DNA of 64,000 bases, taken from Cetorhinus maximus. Taxonomy: Eukaryota. Shown piece by piece: positions 29,601-41,600 of the stretch (positions within the stretch are counted from its first letter, which is position 1; the number at the start of each line of letters is the position of its first letter). The notes under the pieces were generated by a model. The model saw nothing but the letters and a program-made list of their open reading frames with translations. It was not told the origin of the DNA and searched no databases. The DNA is taken from the NCBI RefSeq assembly GCF_964194155.1, contig NC_135907.1, forward strand, positions 9,734,001-9,798,000, given 5' to 3'. The position numbers were made by a program, and so were the translations under genes.

Positions 29601-32600
29601 AGCATTTGAGGGTCAAGGGATTAGAAAGTTACAATGGTAGATTTAGATGAGAAAAGATGGGAGGAGGCAAGGGTAGAGTAGAAACACCGGCATGGACTGA
29701 CTGGGCTGAATGGCCTGCTCTTGTATATTCTGGGTCAAACTCCCTTCTAACAGCACTGTGGGTATACCTAGACCACATGGACTACGGCAGTTCAAGGTGA
29801 TGGCTCACCATCATCTTCTCAAGGGAACTTAGGGATGGGTAATAAATGCTGGACTAGCCAGTGACGCTCATATCCTGTGAAAGAGTAAGTTTAAAAAAAT
29901 ATATGTAATCCTATGTCTGTATGCTCTAGATGGCCAGAGGTACAGAGAGAATTCAGGTTTTTAAAAGGGAGAGAAACACTTACTTGAGAAGGAGGGATGT
30001 AAGGGGATGTGGAGAGTGTGCAAGCAGTTAGGAGCAAGAGATAGAACAAAATGGAGACGCAGGTTAGATGGGCCGAATGTTCCTCCATGCTGCTGGGTTA
30101 AAGGATGAAGGGAAAGCAAGTGTTCATGCTCCTGATCACTATCCAGTGATGACCACTGTAAAGGGTATTGTGGACACCAGGGGCAGAATTTTCTGCCTGC
30201 TGGGCGGGCCCGACCCAATCTCCGGTGGGCGGGGAGCCGATCCCCGCCGGAGAAGCGGGCCCCGCCGCCATTTTATGTGGGCGGGCAGGTCCTTTAATTG
30301 TTTCAATGATCCTGCCAATGGTCTCAATTGGCCATTGACAGGTCTGCGGGTGCACAGCTGATTTTGCTGCGCCCCCACCTTCCTGAAAATTTAAATGGGA
30401 CGGGATGACGTCGGGGGTTCCCCTGCGTTATTTCACGTGTCGGCGAGCGGGCCCCGCCCCCTGCTCGCCGACGGCAAAATTTAGCCCCAGGAGAGGACAG
30501 GATCAGGTTGAGCTGTCATCCTTTGCCTCAATTCAATAGCCCGTCAAAACGCACAGTTTTGGCTCTCCCTTGATGAGATGCTGGAACAGCAGCAGAAAAC
30601 TGAGGCAAGCACTGTTAATGTTTTGTCAAATTACATCATTAAGATTTGTTAATTACATTGTTATGGTCAAGAGAAACAGGTGATGGGTATTAATTGTCTT
30701 CGAGCACATATAAATAGGGGATGTGATGAGGTGGCTGAGGGGTTAAGGTGATGGACTGCTAATCCATTGTGCTTTGTACGCGTGGGTCCAAATATCATCC
30801 TCGTCATTGTGTCTCTGTATGTGTCCATCCCTGTTAAATGCTTGGGGTCAATTGAAAATTCTGGAACTGATAGCTTTTTTTATCTCAAATAGTCTATAAA
30901 TAGGGGATTAGGGAAGATGGTGACGTATTAGCAATGTTACTGTACTAATAATCCAGAAACCCAGGTTAATTCTCTGCGGAGATGGATTCAAATCTAACCA
31001 CTGCAGCTGATGGAATTTGAATTCAATTAATAAATTTGGAATATAGAAGCTTGTCTCAGTAATGGTGACCATGAAGCTAAGATTTTATGGTGGCTGAAAT
31101 AGCTGAGTTGGGAGAGTGTTAGCCTGAAGATCTGAAGGTCCCTGGTTCAATCCTGGGATTCAGCAACCCTTAGGTGGCCATCAACAAGCCCAGCAAGGGG
31201 GTGGTGTGACCTGACTGTCTGCCCCTCTACCGCGGCTATATTCGAGGCTGGGTGGCCCTAGAGAGGGAGCACCTCTCCACTGACATGTTTGAGGCCTTCC
31301 GTGACCGGTGGGCTCCACGGGGTTGGGGTGCATCATCACCCTAGGATGATATTTTGATTTGATTTTGTAAGCTTCCTTTGAAGTTTTGATTTTTTGTTAC
31401 AGTGCCCCACCAGGGGCTGTCATCCCCAACAATTAGTTTTATTGGCCATTTGTTTTATTTAAAAGAGGCTATAAATAGGGGATTAGAGAAGACGGTGGCA
31501 TAGTGGTAATGCTACTGGGCCAGTAATCCAGAGACTAGGCTAATGCTCTGGGGGCAGTGGTTTGAACCCCACCATGGCTGCTGGTGGGATTTAAATTCAT
31601 GGCCAATTAGTTCAGATGGTTAGAGCATCATGCTAATGATACCATAGGTCGCAAGTTCAATTCCTGTATTGGCCAACGAGGATTCCCTATCCTAAAGTAA
31701 ATATGTCACTTTTTCCTTTAACGTTGTTTGTTCTAGTTACAGTACCCTACCAGGGGTTGTCATCCTATCTATTAGTTAATTTGTTTCGACCATTTGTTTT
31801 CTTAAAAGAGTCTATAAATAGGGGGTTTGATTGTCAGACCCAGAAATACCATTTTAATTCGATTTTTTAGGTTTCCTTTGATATTTTGTTCTAGTTACAT
31901 CAGAGGCTGTTTACCCCCCTCCCACTTTAATTAGTTTATTTTATTGATTTTGGTTTTATTTAAAAGAGGCTATAAATAGCACTGAATTGGGTGGGAGGAG
32001 AGCTGTGAGACTGAACAAGTCAATAAGCTCGCTCAATATAAAAAAAAGCTCTGTGCCTTGGTTTTGGCTTCATCAACTGGCTTGGGTCCTATTAACAAGC
32101 ACCGTATCCCAAAAAGATCCATTTAGGGAAACCGCAATGATTGGAGCGGAGACTAATTGGGAGAGAAACCTGAGCAGATTCCGAGAGGCTGAAGGTAGCC
32201 TGAGCAAGCAGCAGACACCTGGATTTTCTGATGCACAAAGCTTCAATCAAGCGAGTGCAAGCATCAAGCCATCAAAGGGATCTCTGTGACTAAAGTGAAG
32301 CACCAAGCAGTCACCCACCAGAAAAAAATCACAGCTTATGCAGTGCCATATTAATTGCCAACAGCACCCTGCTCCCTGCACATGGCCCTGCTCCCTGCAC
32401 ATGGCCCTGCTCCCTGCAGCTACCAAGTCTAGTCCAGTAGAGAATTGCAAGTTGCTTTCTAACAAGGATGGTATCAATCGAGTGAAAGGCCCTGGCCAAC
32501 CTACCTGCACAAAGACACTCACCTTTCCGCAAGGGACTGCAGACAGTCACGTGGCTTCGGTACAGGTGTAGTTTGCTCAGTCGTTCCTCCTAAATAAGTG

Positions 32601-35600
32601 GCAAAAGAAATGATTGAAGCTTCTGCTGGAGAGAGTTAATAAACAGTGACATGGACAGTTACTGCAAAAACTTGCAAGTTCCTCTGTATCTAAGTCGCCT
32701 TTACAAAGTTTTAACTTATGCAGGTTACAAATTTCAGGTTCGCTGTACAGAATCTCTAAGGTTCAATGTCACTAGGTTCTTCTGTAATTGGACCCCACAT
32801 CCTCTAAAATCAGTTTACCTTTACTGCCCAGTATCGAGTATGGTCAGGTGACCCAGGGGTTGTAACAGTGAAACCCTCTTGCTATATGAATTGTGCATGG
32901 GAATCACACACAGTGGCTTTCCCATTCTTTCAAAAAGGGGGACTGATTCATACTTTACTGAGAGATACTAAACAGGTGTACCTCATCCCTGGTCCTGCAC
33001 ACACAAGCAAGCGACACTACATGAGTACCCCCTAAGGTGGATGCAATAAGTTCCTTGGCACTATGTTAAAGAAGCACAAGGGAGTTCTCCCCAGTCTCCT
33101 GGCCAATAATTTATCCGTCAACCAACATCACGAAAACAGATTATCTCGTCATCATCATATTGTTTGTGGGATGTTGCTGTGCACAAACAGGCTGCTAAGT
33201 TTCCGAGAGTGACCGCATTTCAAAAATATCTAATTGGCTGTAAAGCACTTAAGGATGTCCTGAGGGCGTGACTGCCACTATTAAAATGCAAGTCTTTCTT
33301 TTGTTTTTAGTGAGGTGATGTAGTTAGAAAATAATTATAATTCCTCTAAAAGTAAGCTTAACATCACCAACAATTCTAAAGTAGACATTTGCAGTATAGC
33401 ACCACAAAGATTCCTATACTTTATGAGCATCCTCTAACTTGTAGAATGACTTCACCACTGCAGCAGAGTACTGATTACAGATTGCTAATTCCTCTGGGCC
33501 TGACTTTTAACTTAATTTTTTATACTGTAGGCTTAGGAACATTGGATCACACAACCAATTTATCCCTTTAAGCAGTTTGGCCCATGGAAAAATCAGGTAC
33601 CTTCCCGGTTCTACTCTATATAAGGCCTCGTTTTCAGCCACATGTTTGTTTCTGTTCATAACCTTATACCATAAATCAGCGCTAGTTCAGTAAAGACAAG
33701 TTTACACAATGATCCCAAAGGAATTTGAAACACACCAGCTCCGCCATATCTGGAGACTCAATGTCCTTCCTATGTAAGACCTATATTTATACAGTGTCTC
33801 ATAACATTGAAATGTTTCACAGGATCAGAAGTTATAGCACAGAAAGAGATCAGTGTCTGTGCTAGCTCTCTCACTTTAGCTGTGTACAGCAGTTTCATTT
33901 CCTGTATCCCTTTTATATTCTCCCTTTTCAAATCCTTATCCAATTGTTCTAGTCACTGCCTCAATAATGTCTTGTGGTAAAACATTCCCAACTCCAATAA
34001 CCTTCTATTTGAAAACATTCTTTCTAATTTTCTCCTTCATATGTTGAGTGATAAACTTTAGTCTCTGCTTGTTATCACATTGCCAATTACTCCAAACTAT
34101 CTTTCACTATTCACCCTCTCTAAATTTTGAAAACCTCTATCAGAACTCCCCTTAACCTGCTGTTTCAGTGAAACAAGTTCCACATTTTTACATCTTTCTT
34201 CATAACTCTAACCACTGATTCCTGGAATCATTCTAGTGAACCTTCCCTGTGCCTTTTCTTTAAAACAAAGAATTATTTAGCATTTAAGCACAGAAATAGG
34301 TAATTCAGTCCAGCAGATTCCATATCAGTATTTATGTTCCACACATGAGCTCCTCCCACCCTACTCCCATCAATATATCCTTCCAAAGGTCGAATATCCT
34401 TTATCCGTAAATCTGAAAACTGAACGCATCCAAAAACCACACTTCTTTTGAACCTCGTCGACCTTTAGCATGGAAGTCTAGTTGTTTGTTTGTGCTTGCA
34501 GTTTTTGTGGTGAACATGTCAAAAAGAAGCTTATTACTGGTATCCTGTATTTATTATTCAGCATATTTATTATGCAGTACTCATCTTACTTTTCTAGCCG
34601 TTTTATTTACTTTAGGCTATATTTAGCCTAGGTTTAGGCTATTGTAATGTAAGTTTATGTGTAGCATCCGAAAACCGAAATGATCTGAAATCCAAAATGC
34701 AATCAGGCCCGAGGGTTTTGGATAAAGGATACTCGACCTGTATGCCATTCTCTCTCAGGTGCTTATCTTCTGTCCCCTCAAGTGCTTCTATGCTGTTTTC
34801 CTCAGCTACACTGAGTTCCACATTCCAACCACTCCCTAGATAAAGAAGTTTCTCCTGAATTCTTCAATGGATTTATCAGTGATTATCTCATATTTCCCAT
34901 GCTCAGGTTCACAAGCCTTGACCAGCATTGAAACCAGCAAACTTTCGAAGGCGGCAATGGCTGCTTATGGGCACAGGATCTTGCGCGAAGAGGACTTGTG
35001 CTTCCTTTAAGCACATGTGAGGAAGGCAATGGGAAACCAGCTCATGCATTCATTGCCCTAGTCACATGGCTCATTAAAATTGTAAAGGGGGAGGCTCCAA
35101 TGAGCAACTGAAGAGGAAAGGGCAAGACCGCGAGGCATGGGGAGTTCAGGAGGGGACTTGCCCTTAGGCAGACCACTACTACATCTTATATTTCACCTCT
35201 TTTCTATTTTTACTTAGTTCTGTTGAAGAGTCATTTGGACTCGAAACATTAACTGCGCTCCTCTCCACAGATGCTGCCAGACCTGCTGAGTTTTTCCAGG
35301 TATTTTTATTTTATATTTATGCTCTTGGATTTGGACTCCGCACTGAGTAACGTCTACCCCATTATCCCTTTTATAATTTTGAAGGCCTCCATTAGGCCAC
35401 CTCTTTGACTTTTTTTGTAGAGAATCTGGACAGACAGAATACGGAGGAGATTTACAAGAATGTTGCCATGACTTAAAAATTGCAGCTATGAAGATAGGGT
35501 AGGGTAGGATAAACATGAGGAAAGTTTTTTCACCCAAAGAGTGGTGGGCACCTGGAACTCTCTGTCTAAATTGGTTATTGAGGCTGAAACATTCAACTCA

Positions 35601-38600
35601 TTGAAAAGGTACCTGGATGTGCACCTGAAGTGCTATAACCTGCAAGGCTACGGACCAGGGGCTGGAAAGTGAGATTAAAAATGAGCGGCTAGCTTCTTTT
35701 TTCTCTTTTTATGGCCGGCACAGACATGATGGACCGAATGGCCTCTTCCTGCGCTGTAACTTTTCTACGGTTCCAGAACAAAGCCCCACCTCCTCCAGTC
35801 TATCCTGACAAGCATAACATCTTGTATCATTTTCTCCCTGACCCAAATAGCTTCCTATATGAAGAAAAGTGTCAAAAGTACTTTGCAAGTTATCTTTGAA
35901 ACAATGACTTGTTAGCTTGTAATTCTGGGAGTACATTTCACAATGTTATTCAAAGCTATTTAAAACACACAGAAAGAGGCCAGACTCACTGCTCACAGTG
36001 AAGATAACTTTGTGATCACAATGGGTAGTGACACTATGCAGAAATGGAGAATTAGCTAAGCCCACATCAGCCAAATTTGCCTTTTGCTCACTTAAGAATT
36101 CTGCAAAACTTAAGTCATCACAATTTAAAAATAGCAGTTCCTATACCACATGGAGTGACTCATTCAAATTACACCCACTCTGCAACATGGTTCTATTTAA
36201 TTTAATTTAATTTAGAGCAACCCCTGATGGCAGATGACGAGTCAGAAGTTTTATAATAGGATGTATTATAGAGATTTCTTGGTCCAGCCTGGGTTCTGGC
36301 AGTAATGTGGGGGAGAGGAGGTGAGGATTATTACTATGAATCACGTGGTGCTGAGAGCACTATAGTAGAGTGGTCTGAAAACAAAAGGACAAATCCCAGG
36401 AACTGGGCTCCACCAATCTGGGAGTATTGGAGAAGGATGGTGCATAATCTAGGAGTATGCGGTGAAATCAGGGATCATTGGGAATGCAGTCTAACAGCTG
36501 GTGAGCATTTGAGAAGGGTTTGGGAGATCGAGGGGGTAACATTAGCAAGGAGAAGGTCTTGGGGTTCAGCTGCACTGAGAAGAGTGCATAAGCTTTGGGA
36601 TGTATAATAATCTGCAGGAATTGGAGGTTATTGGGATCTGACAGCAGGGGGAAGTCCGGGTCTCACAACCTTGGGGAGGAGGGGACCGAGGACAATAGGA
36701 TCCAAATTTCCCTGATCCTTATCAGCCTCCTTCCATGACCTGCTACCATCAGTGTGTACTGTCCGTGTTTCCCTGTCTTCAGTCTTGGCTTTGCACTAAA
36801 GGAACTAGTGCATTGTAAGATCACCTATCAACACAGACGGCAAGAAACAAATTTCAGTGAACGAAAAGTTTTATTGAACGCTCAAATTCACTCTTCATGC
36901 AGTTTTTAAAAATGTTAAAACTGCTTAAGCCCTAAGAGATTAATTTTGCTAATGAATTTTCAACTTTTCGACTGAAGACAAGGAACTATGTAGCTTCTAA
37001 TCACCACTGTGTTAATCATGTTTGTATTTTTTTTATTCTTTTATGGAATGTGGGTGTCGCCAGCTTGGCCAGCATTTGCTGCCCATTCCTGATGGCCCTT
37101 GAGGACGAGGTGGTGAGCCACCTTGAACCACTACAGTCCATCTGTTATTGACTTTTCTGTAGGGGCTTGGTACAACTAAGTAGCTTGCTAGGCCATTTCA
37201 GGGGGCAGTTAAAAGTCAGCCACATTGCTGTGGGTCCGGAATCACATGTAGGCCAGACCAGGTAAGAAAGGAAGATTTCCTTCTCTGAAGGACATGGGTG
37301 AACCAGGTGGGTTTTTACAACAATCAATGATTATTTCACAGTCACCATTACTGAGACGCCTCTAATTTCAGATTTATTAAATAATTGAATTTATTAATTA
37401 AATTTAAATTCCACCAGCCGCCATGGTGTGATTTGAACCTGAGGCCCCACAGCCTGGGCCTCTGGATTACTAGTCCAGTGACATTACCTCTACACCACCA
37501 TCTCCCCTTGTGAAGGTTAACAAGGAGCGAACAATCTTTTACTGAAGGGTAGGCTATATGCAGTCCTTACTAGTCTAGCAGTATTACCACTATGCCACCG
37601 TCTCCCCTAATGGGCCCCTCACTATTGAAAAAGCTGTTAATATTTTACAGGCTTTTTTGAAACATATCCCTGGGAATCGAATCTTCAGCTTGTTTGGAAA
37701 TCTTTTGGCAAAGGCAAAGCGATTTTCAAACCCTCTGGATAAGGGGGACACACTGTGCCACCAACTCAAATTTACTGATTCACATCAGGAAATTCTGCAA
37801 ACTGCGTATTTTCAAAATATCCAGGTGTGTTTGGAGCAAATTTACTGAGGTAAAAATTTCCAGTCGAAGCCCAGGTTTTTGAGACAAGTTTAGGTCTTTA
37901 TTTCAACCGTGGCTTAGTATTATCTCCTTTGCTTCTGAGTAGCAAGATCCTGACTCCAGTGACCCCAAGCACAAAATTCAGGCTTACACTCCAGTGCAGC
38001 ACAATGAGTGAGTGCTCTGCCATCGGAGCTGCTGTCTTTTGAATGAGTGTTTAACCTAGACCCTATCTGCCCCCTCAGGTGGACATAAAATATCCCATGG
38101 CACTATTCAAAGAACACAAGGATTATCACTTGCGCCTGGCCAATATTTCTTGTTCAACAAAACAGCAGATTATCTGGTTATTATCACGTTGCTAATTGTG
38201 GGATCTTGCTGTGTGCAAATTGGCTGGCATGATTCCTACATTACAAGTGACTACACTTCAAAAGTACTTCATTGGCTGTAAAGAGCTTTTGGACATCCTG
38301 AGGTCAAGAAGATCTATATAAATTCCAAGACTTTCTATATATCTATATATTCCAAGACTTTCTATATTTTTTCCAAGTATAAACTTTAAAGAAGGCAATG
38401 ACATAAAAGACAATGCAGTGGGTAAATGTGATCAAACTATGAAGAAATATTCATTCTTTGAATTTATTTTGGATATTACCTTTTCTTAGTAACTGATAAC
38501 TTTAATGACAATGTTGGTTCATCAACAAACACTGGAAGTTCTTATTACATTTATTCCACAGGCAGTTTCGACGTTAAACATTAACATAAAAGCATGAGCC

Positions 38601-41600
38601 AAAAACTGTGAGAACAGGAGTGTTTGTCGACAGGAAATGCATCTACACACAATATTTTTAACATATCTTTAAATGTAACCTTGCTGCATACAAGCCTAAA
38701 CTGAAACTATCCTCCTGGAACAACAGGATTATAAGCTGTTATACAGATGGGAGACAGCAAGTGCTGTTTACAGGAAGACATTCAAAGGTAGTAGGGGAAC
38801 TCCGTGATTGAAGCTGGTAACTCTATCTGCAACTTGGTTAGGAATAGAAACAGGAGGTGTAGTTTCATCAATGCCCTGTACTGATGCAGCAATACCTCTT
38901 TATTCCTCTACTCCAATCCCCTTGCAATAAAAGTCAACGTGCCATTTGCCTTCCTAATTGTTTGCTGTACCTGCATACTAACTTTCTGAATTCCTTGTAC
39001 GAACACACCCAAGTTTCTCTGAACGTCAACATTTACAAGTTTCACGCCTTTAAAAGGTATTCTGCTTTACTATTCTTACAAGCAAAGTGAATAACCTCAC
39101 ATTTCCCCACATTATGTTCCATCTGCCATCTTGTTGCCCACTCACTTAATCTGTTGATATCTCTTTGCAGGCTCAATGGGTCCTCCTCACAACGTACATT
39201 TCCACCTAGCTTAGTACAGGGAAGTCATTGGAAACGACTATCAGGAGCAAAATAAACTTTCATTTGGGAAGGCATCAAGGAGAGCCAGCATGATTAGTCA
39301 AAAGCAAATCATGTCTGACGAACTTGCTTGAATTCTTCGATGAATAAACAGAGAAGGTTGATCAAAGTAGTGTAGTAGATGTTCTTTATGTGGACTTTCG
39401 GAAGGAATTCAACAAAGTGTCATACAAGAAACTTATTAAGAAAATGGAAGCCTGGAATTAAGGGGAAAATGGAGTGCAGCCCTTTTACACTCAAAACTCT
39501 ACTGACTTACACTGTCTCCTCAGTGCCTCAGGTTTATATTGTTCTCATGTTTAACTCTCTCCATGGCCTTGCCCCACCACATTCCTGTGATTCCCTTCAG
39601 CCCTACAACTCCAATCTTGAACTCTACAGCACCCTATGTACCCTCTCACTTCACCTCACTGTTAACGATTGTAGCCTCTGCCAACCAGGCTCTAAACTCA
39701 GGAATTTTCATCCTTAAAAACCTTCCTTAAGATCCATTTCTTTTACCAAGCTTTTGTGCAAATCTGCTACTCTTATTCTTTATTATCCACTCTTTTCCTC
39801 ACTCTGACACGCATTGGGACGGATTCCTACATTAAAGGTACTGTACCAATAAAACTCGCAATTATTGTAGAAGCATCACATACCATTTACCAGTACACTG
39901 CTCTCCGATTTCAGGATAGCTGTTTCACTTGTTACACTACCACCACCAAAGCTAATTCGCGTCCGTGGTACTGGACGTGGTGTTGTCACGGGTGACGAAG
40001 CAGAGTCAACTGTTTTCCTCGGAACAGGAACCGGAGGAGACTTCAGCTTCTCGTCAGGGGTTTCTTTGTTTACTGAAGCCAGGTTTGTGTGTGGGCTGTC
40101 GCCGGTGTTTCTGGCTGCAGTCCCCGAGGTGTTGGTGCTTGCTGCATTCTCTGTGGCCATGCCCACCTCCACGTGTGCTGCTGGCCGTTGCTCATTCTGA
40201 GAATTCTGCAGGTCAGACTGCGATCCTGGCAACGGCTGCTCACCCACACCAAGCTCAGACTGTTCTTTGGGATCACAGGGTTCTGTTGGCTTTAGTGCTT
40301 CCTCTGATAGTTGAGATTCCCCCACCCCAGGCTTTGATGTATCCTTGAGGTCAGAGCTATGCGAAAGCTCCAGTTGTCTCGACGTTGTGCCAGTCACAGA
40401 GTGAGTGTTTTCAGTTGGAACTGAAAAGGCTGCAGAAAGCCGTTTAACTGAAAGGGAAAGACCCTCCTGTGCGCTCATCTGCTCACCATCTTCCTCTTCA
40501 TTTATTTTTGTCTCTAATGACAGGCTGCCTTTATAATCTTCTGATCCTTCTGTGGGTCCCTGGGAAAGGTTTAGTGTCAGTGGGCTAGCTGATGAAAGTG
40601 TCAATGCAGGCAAGGAGCCACAGCCATGGTGTGATTGCAGGGCCTGTCCAGACAGAGGACGCTGCAGCTGTCCGGTGACTCGTCCTCGATGGTGTGTACA
40701 GACAAAGGTGCCCAAGTGTGCGCCAGGTTTGTAGGCTCCAGGGAGCAGAGTGCTGGAACACTCCTTACACCTTAGAGGAAAGAGGAAACGAGTATGATTA
40801 AACCAGCAGGCCAGATCATGCACCAGTCTTTGATCAAGGTAGGACATAACATGTCTGGAATAAAGTATCTTTCATTGTTCCAAAAACAAGTATAGAACAC
40901 CCCTTCCCCAGCCTAAGACTCACCCCTCACTAAAGATAACACCTCTCTACACCACTGCTCTCAGACTGGTAGAAACTGTAAATTAAAGCTTCCTTTTATT
41001 GTCATGCTCATCATTTTATTTTTTAAACCAAAGGGGAATGTTTAGGCTTTTCACCTTTTTTTTATTCATTCATGGGATGTGAGCACCACTGGCAAGGCCA
41101 GCATTTCTTTCCCATCCCTAACTGCCCATGAGAAGTTTCAGAACAGTGGCCATGATGGGCCAAGCCAACGATAGCCACAACACATTTCTCAATCAGCCCT
41201 GTGCCCTCTCTGAGGTCACCGATTCTACTATCACGCCAGAAGTCAGACTGACCTTGCTTTATTTCATTTCACCCAGGACCCCTACAAGAGCAGGAAGGTT
41301 GTTTCTACCCATTAGACTGAAGCTATATCTCAAGAGCTCTAGCAGAAGTGAGGCCAATGAGGCAGGGTTAAGGGGAAAATCCTCCAGTGTTGGGAGTCAT
41401 GCCTGAGACTGGTTGTGGTTGTCAGAGGCAGGTTATCACAGCCCCAGGAGATCACTGTAGGAGTTCCTCCGGGAAGTATTCAGTCCAGCCACCTTCAGCT
41501 GCTTCAACAATGACTGTCCCTCTATCATAAGATTAGGAGTGGGGCTGTTCACTGACAATTCTAGTGTTCAGCTCCAATTACAATTCCTCTGAAGCAGCCC

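Noticed and set aside
30709-31979. CRISPR array
   Set aside because: Eukaryotic context, repeat only 9-20 bp, spacers of about 150-570 bp made of tRNA/SINE/LINE pieces, no cas genes.
30709-31979. TATAAATAG copies as functional TATA-box promoters for the tRNAs
   Set aside because: Spacing is wrong (16 bp before tRNA-Ser, more than 100 bp before the others) and the tRNAs are decayed.
38333-38366. Short local duplications (tctatat..ttccaagactt; also 19-bp units at 32368-32418)
   Set aside because: Ordinary slippage duplications with no further structure.
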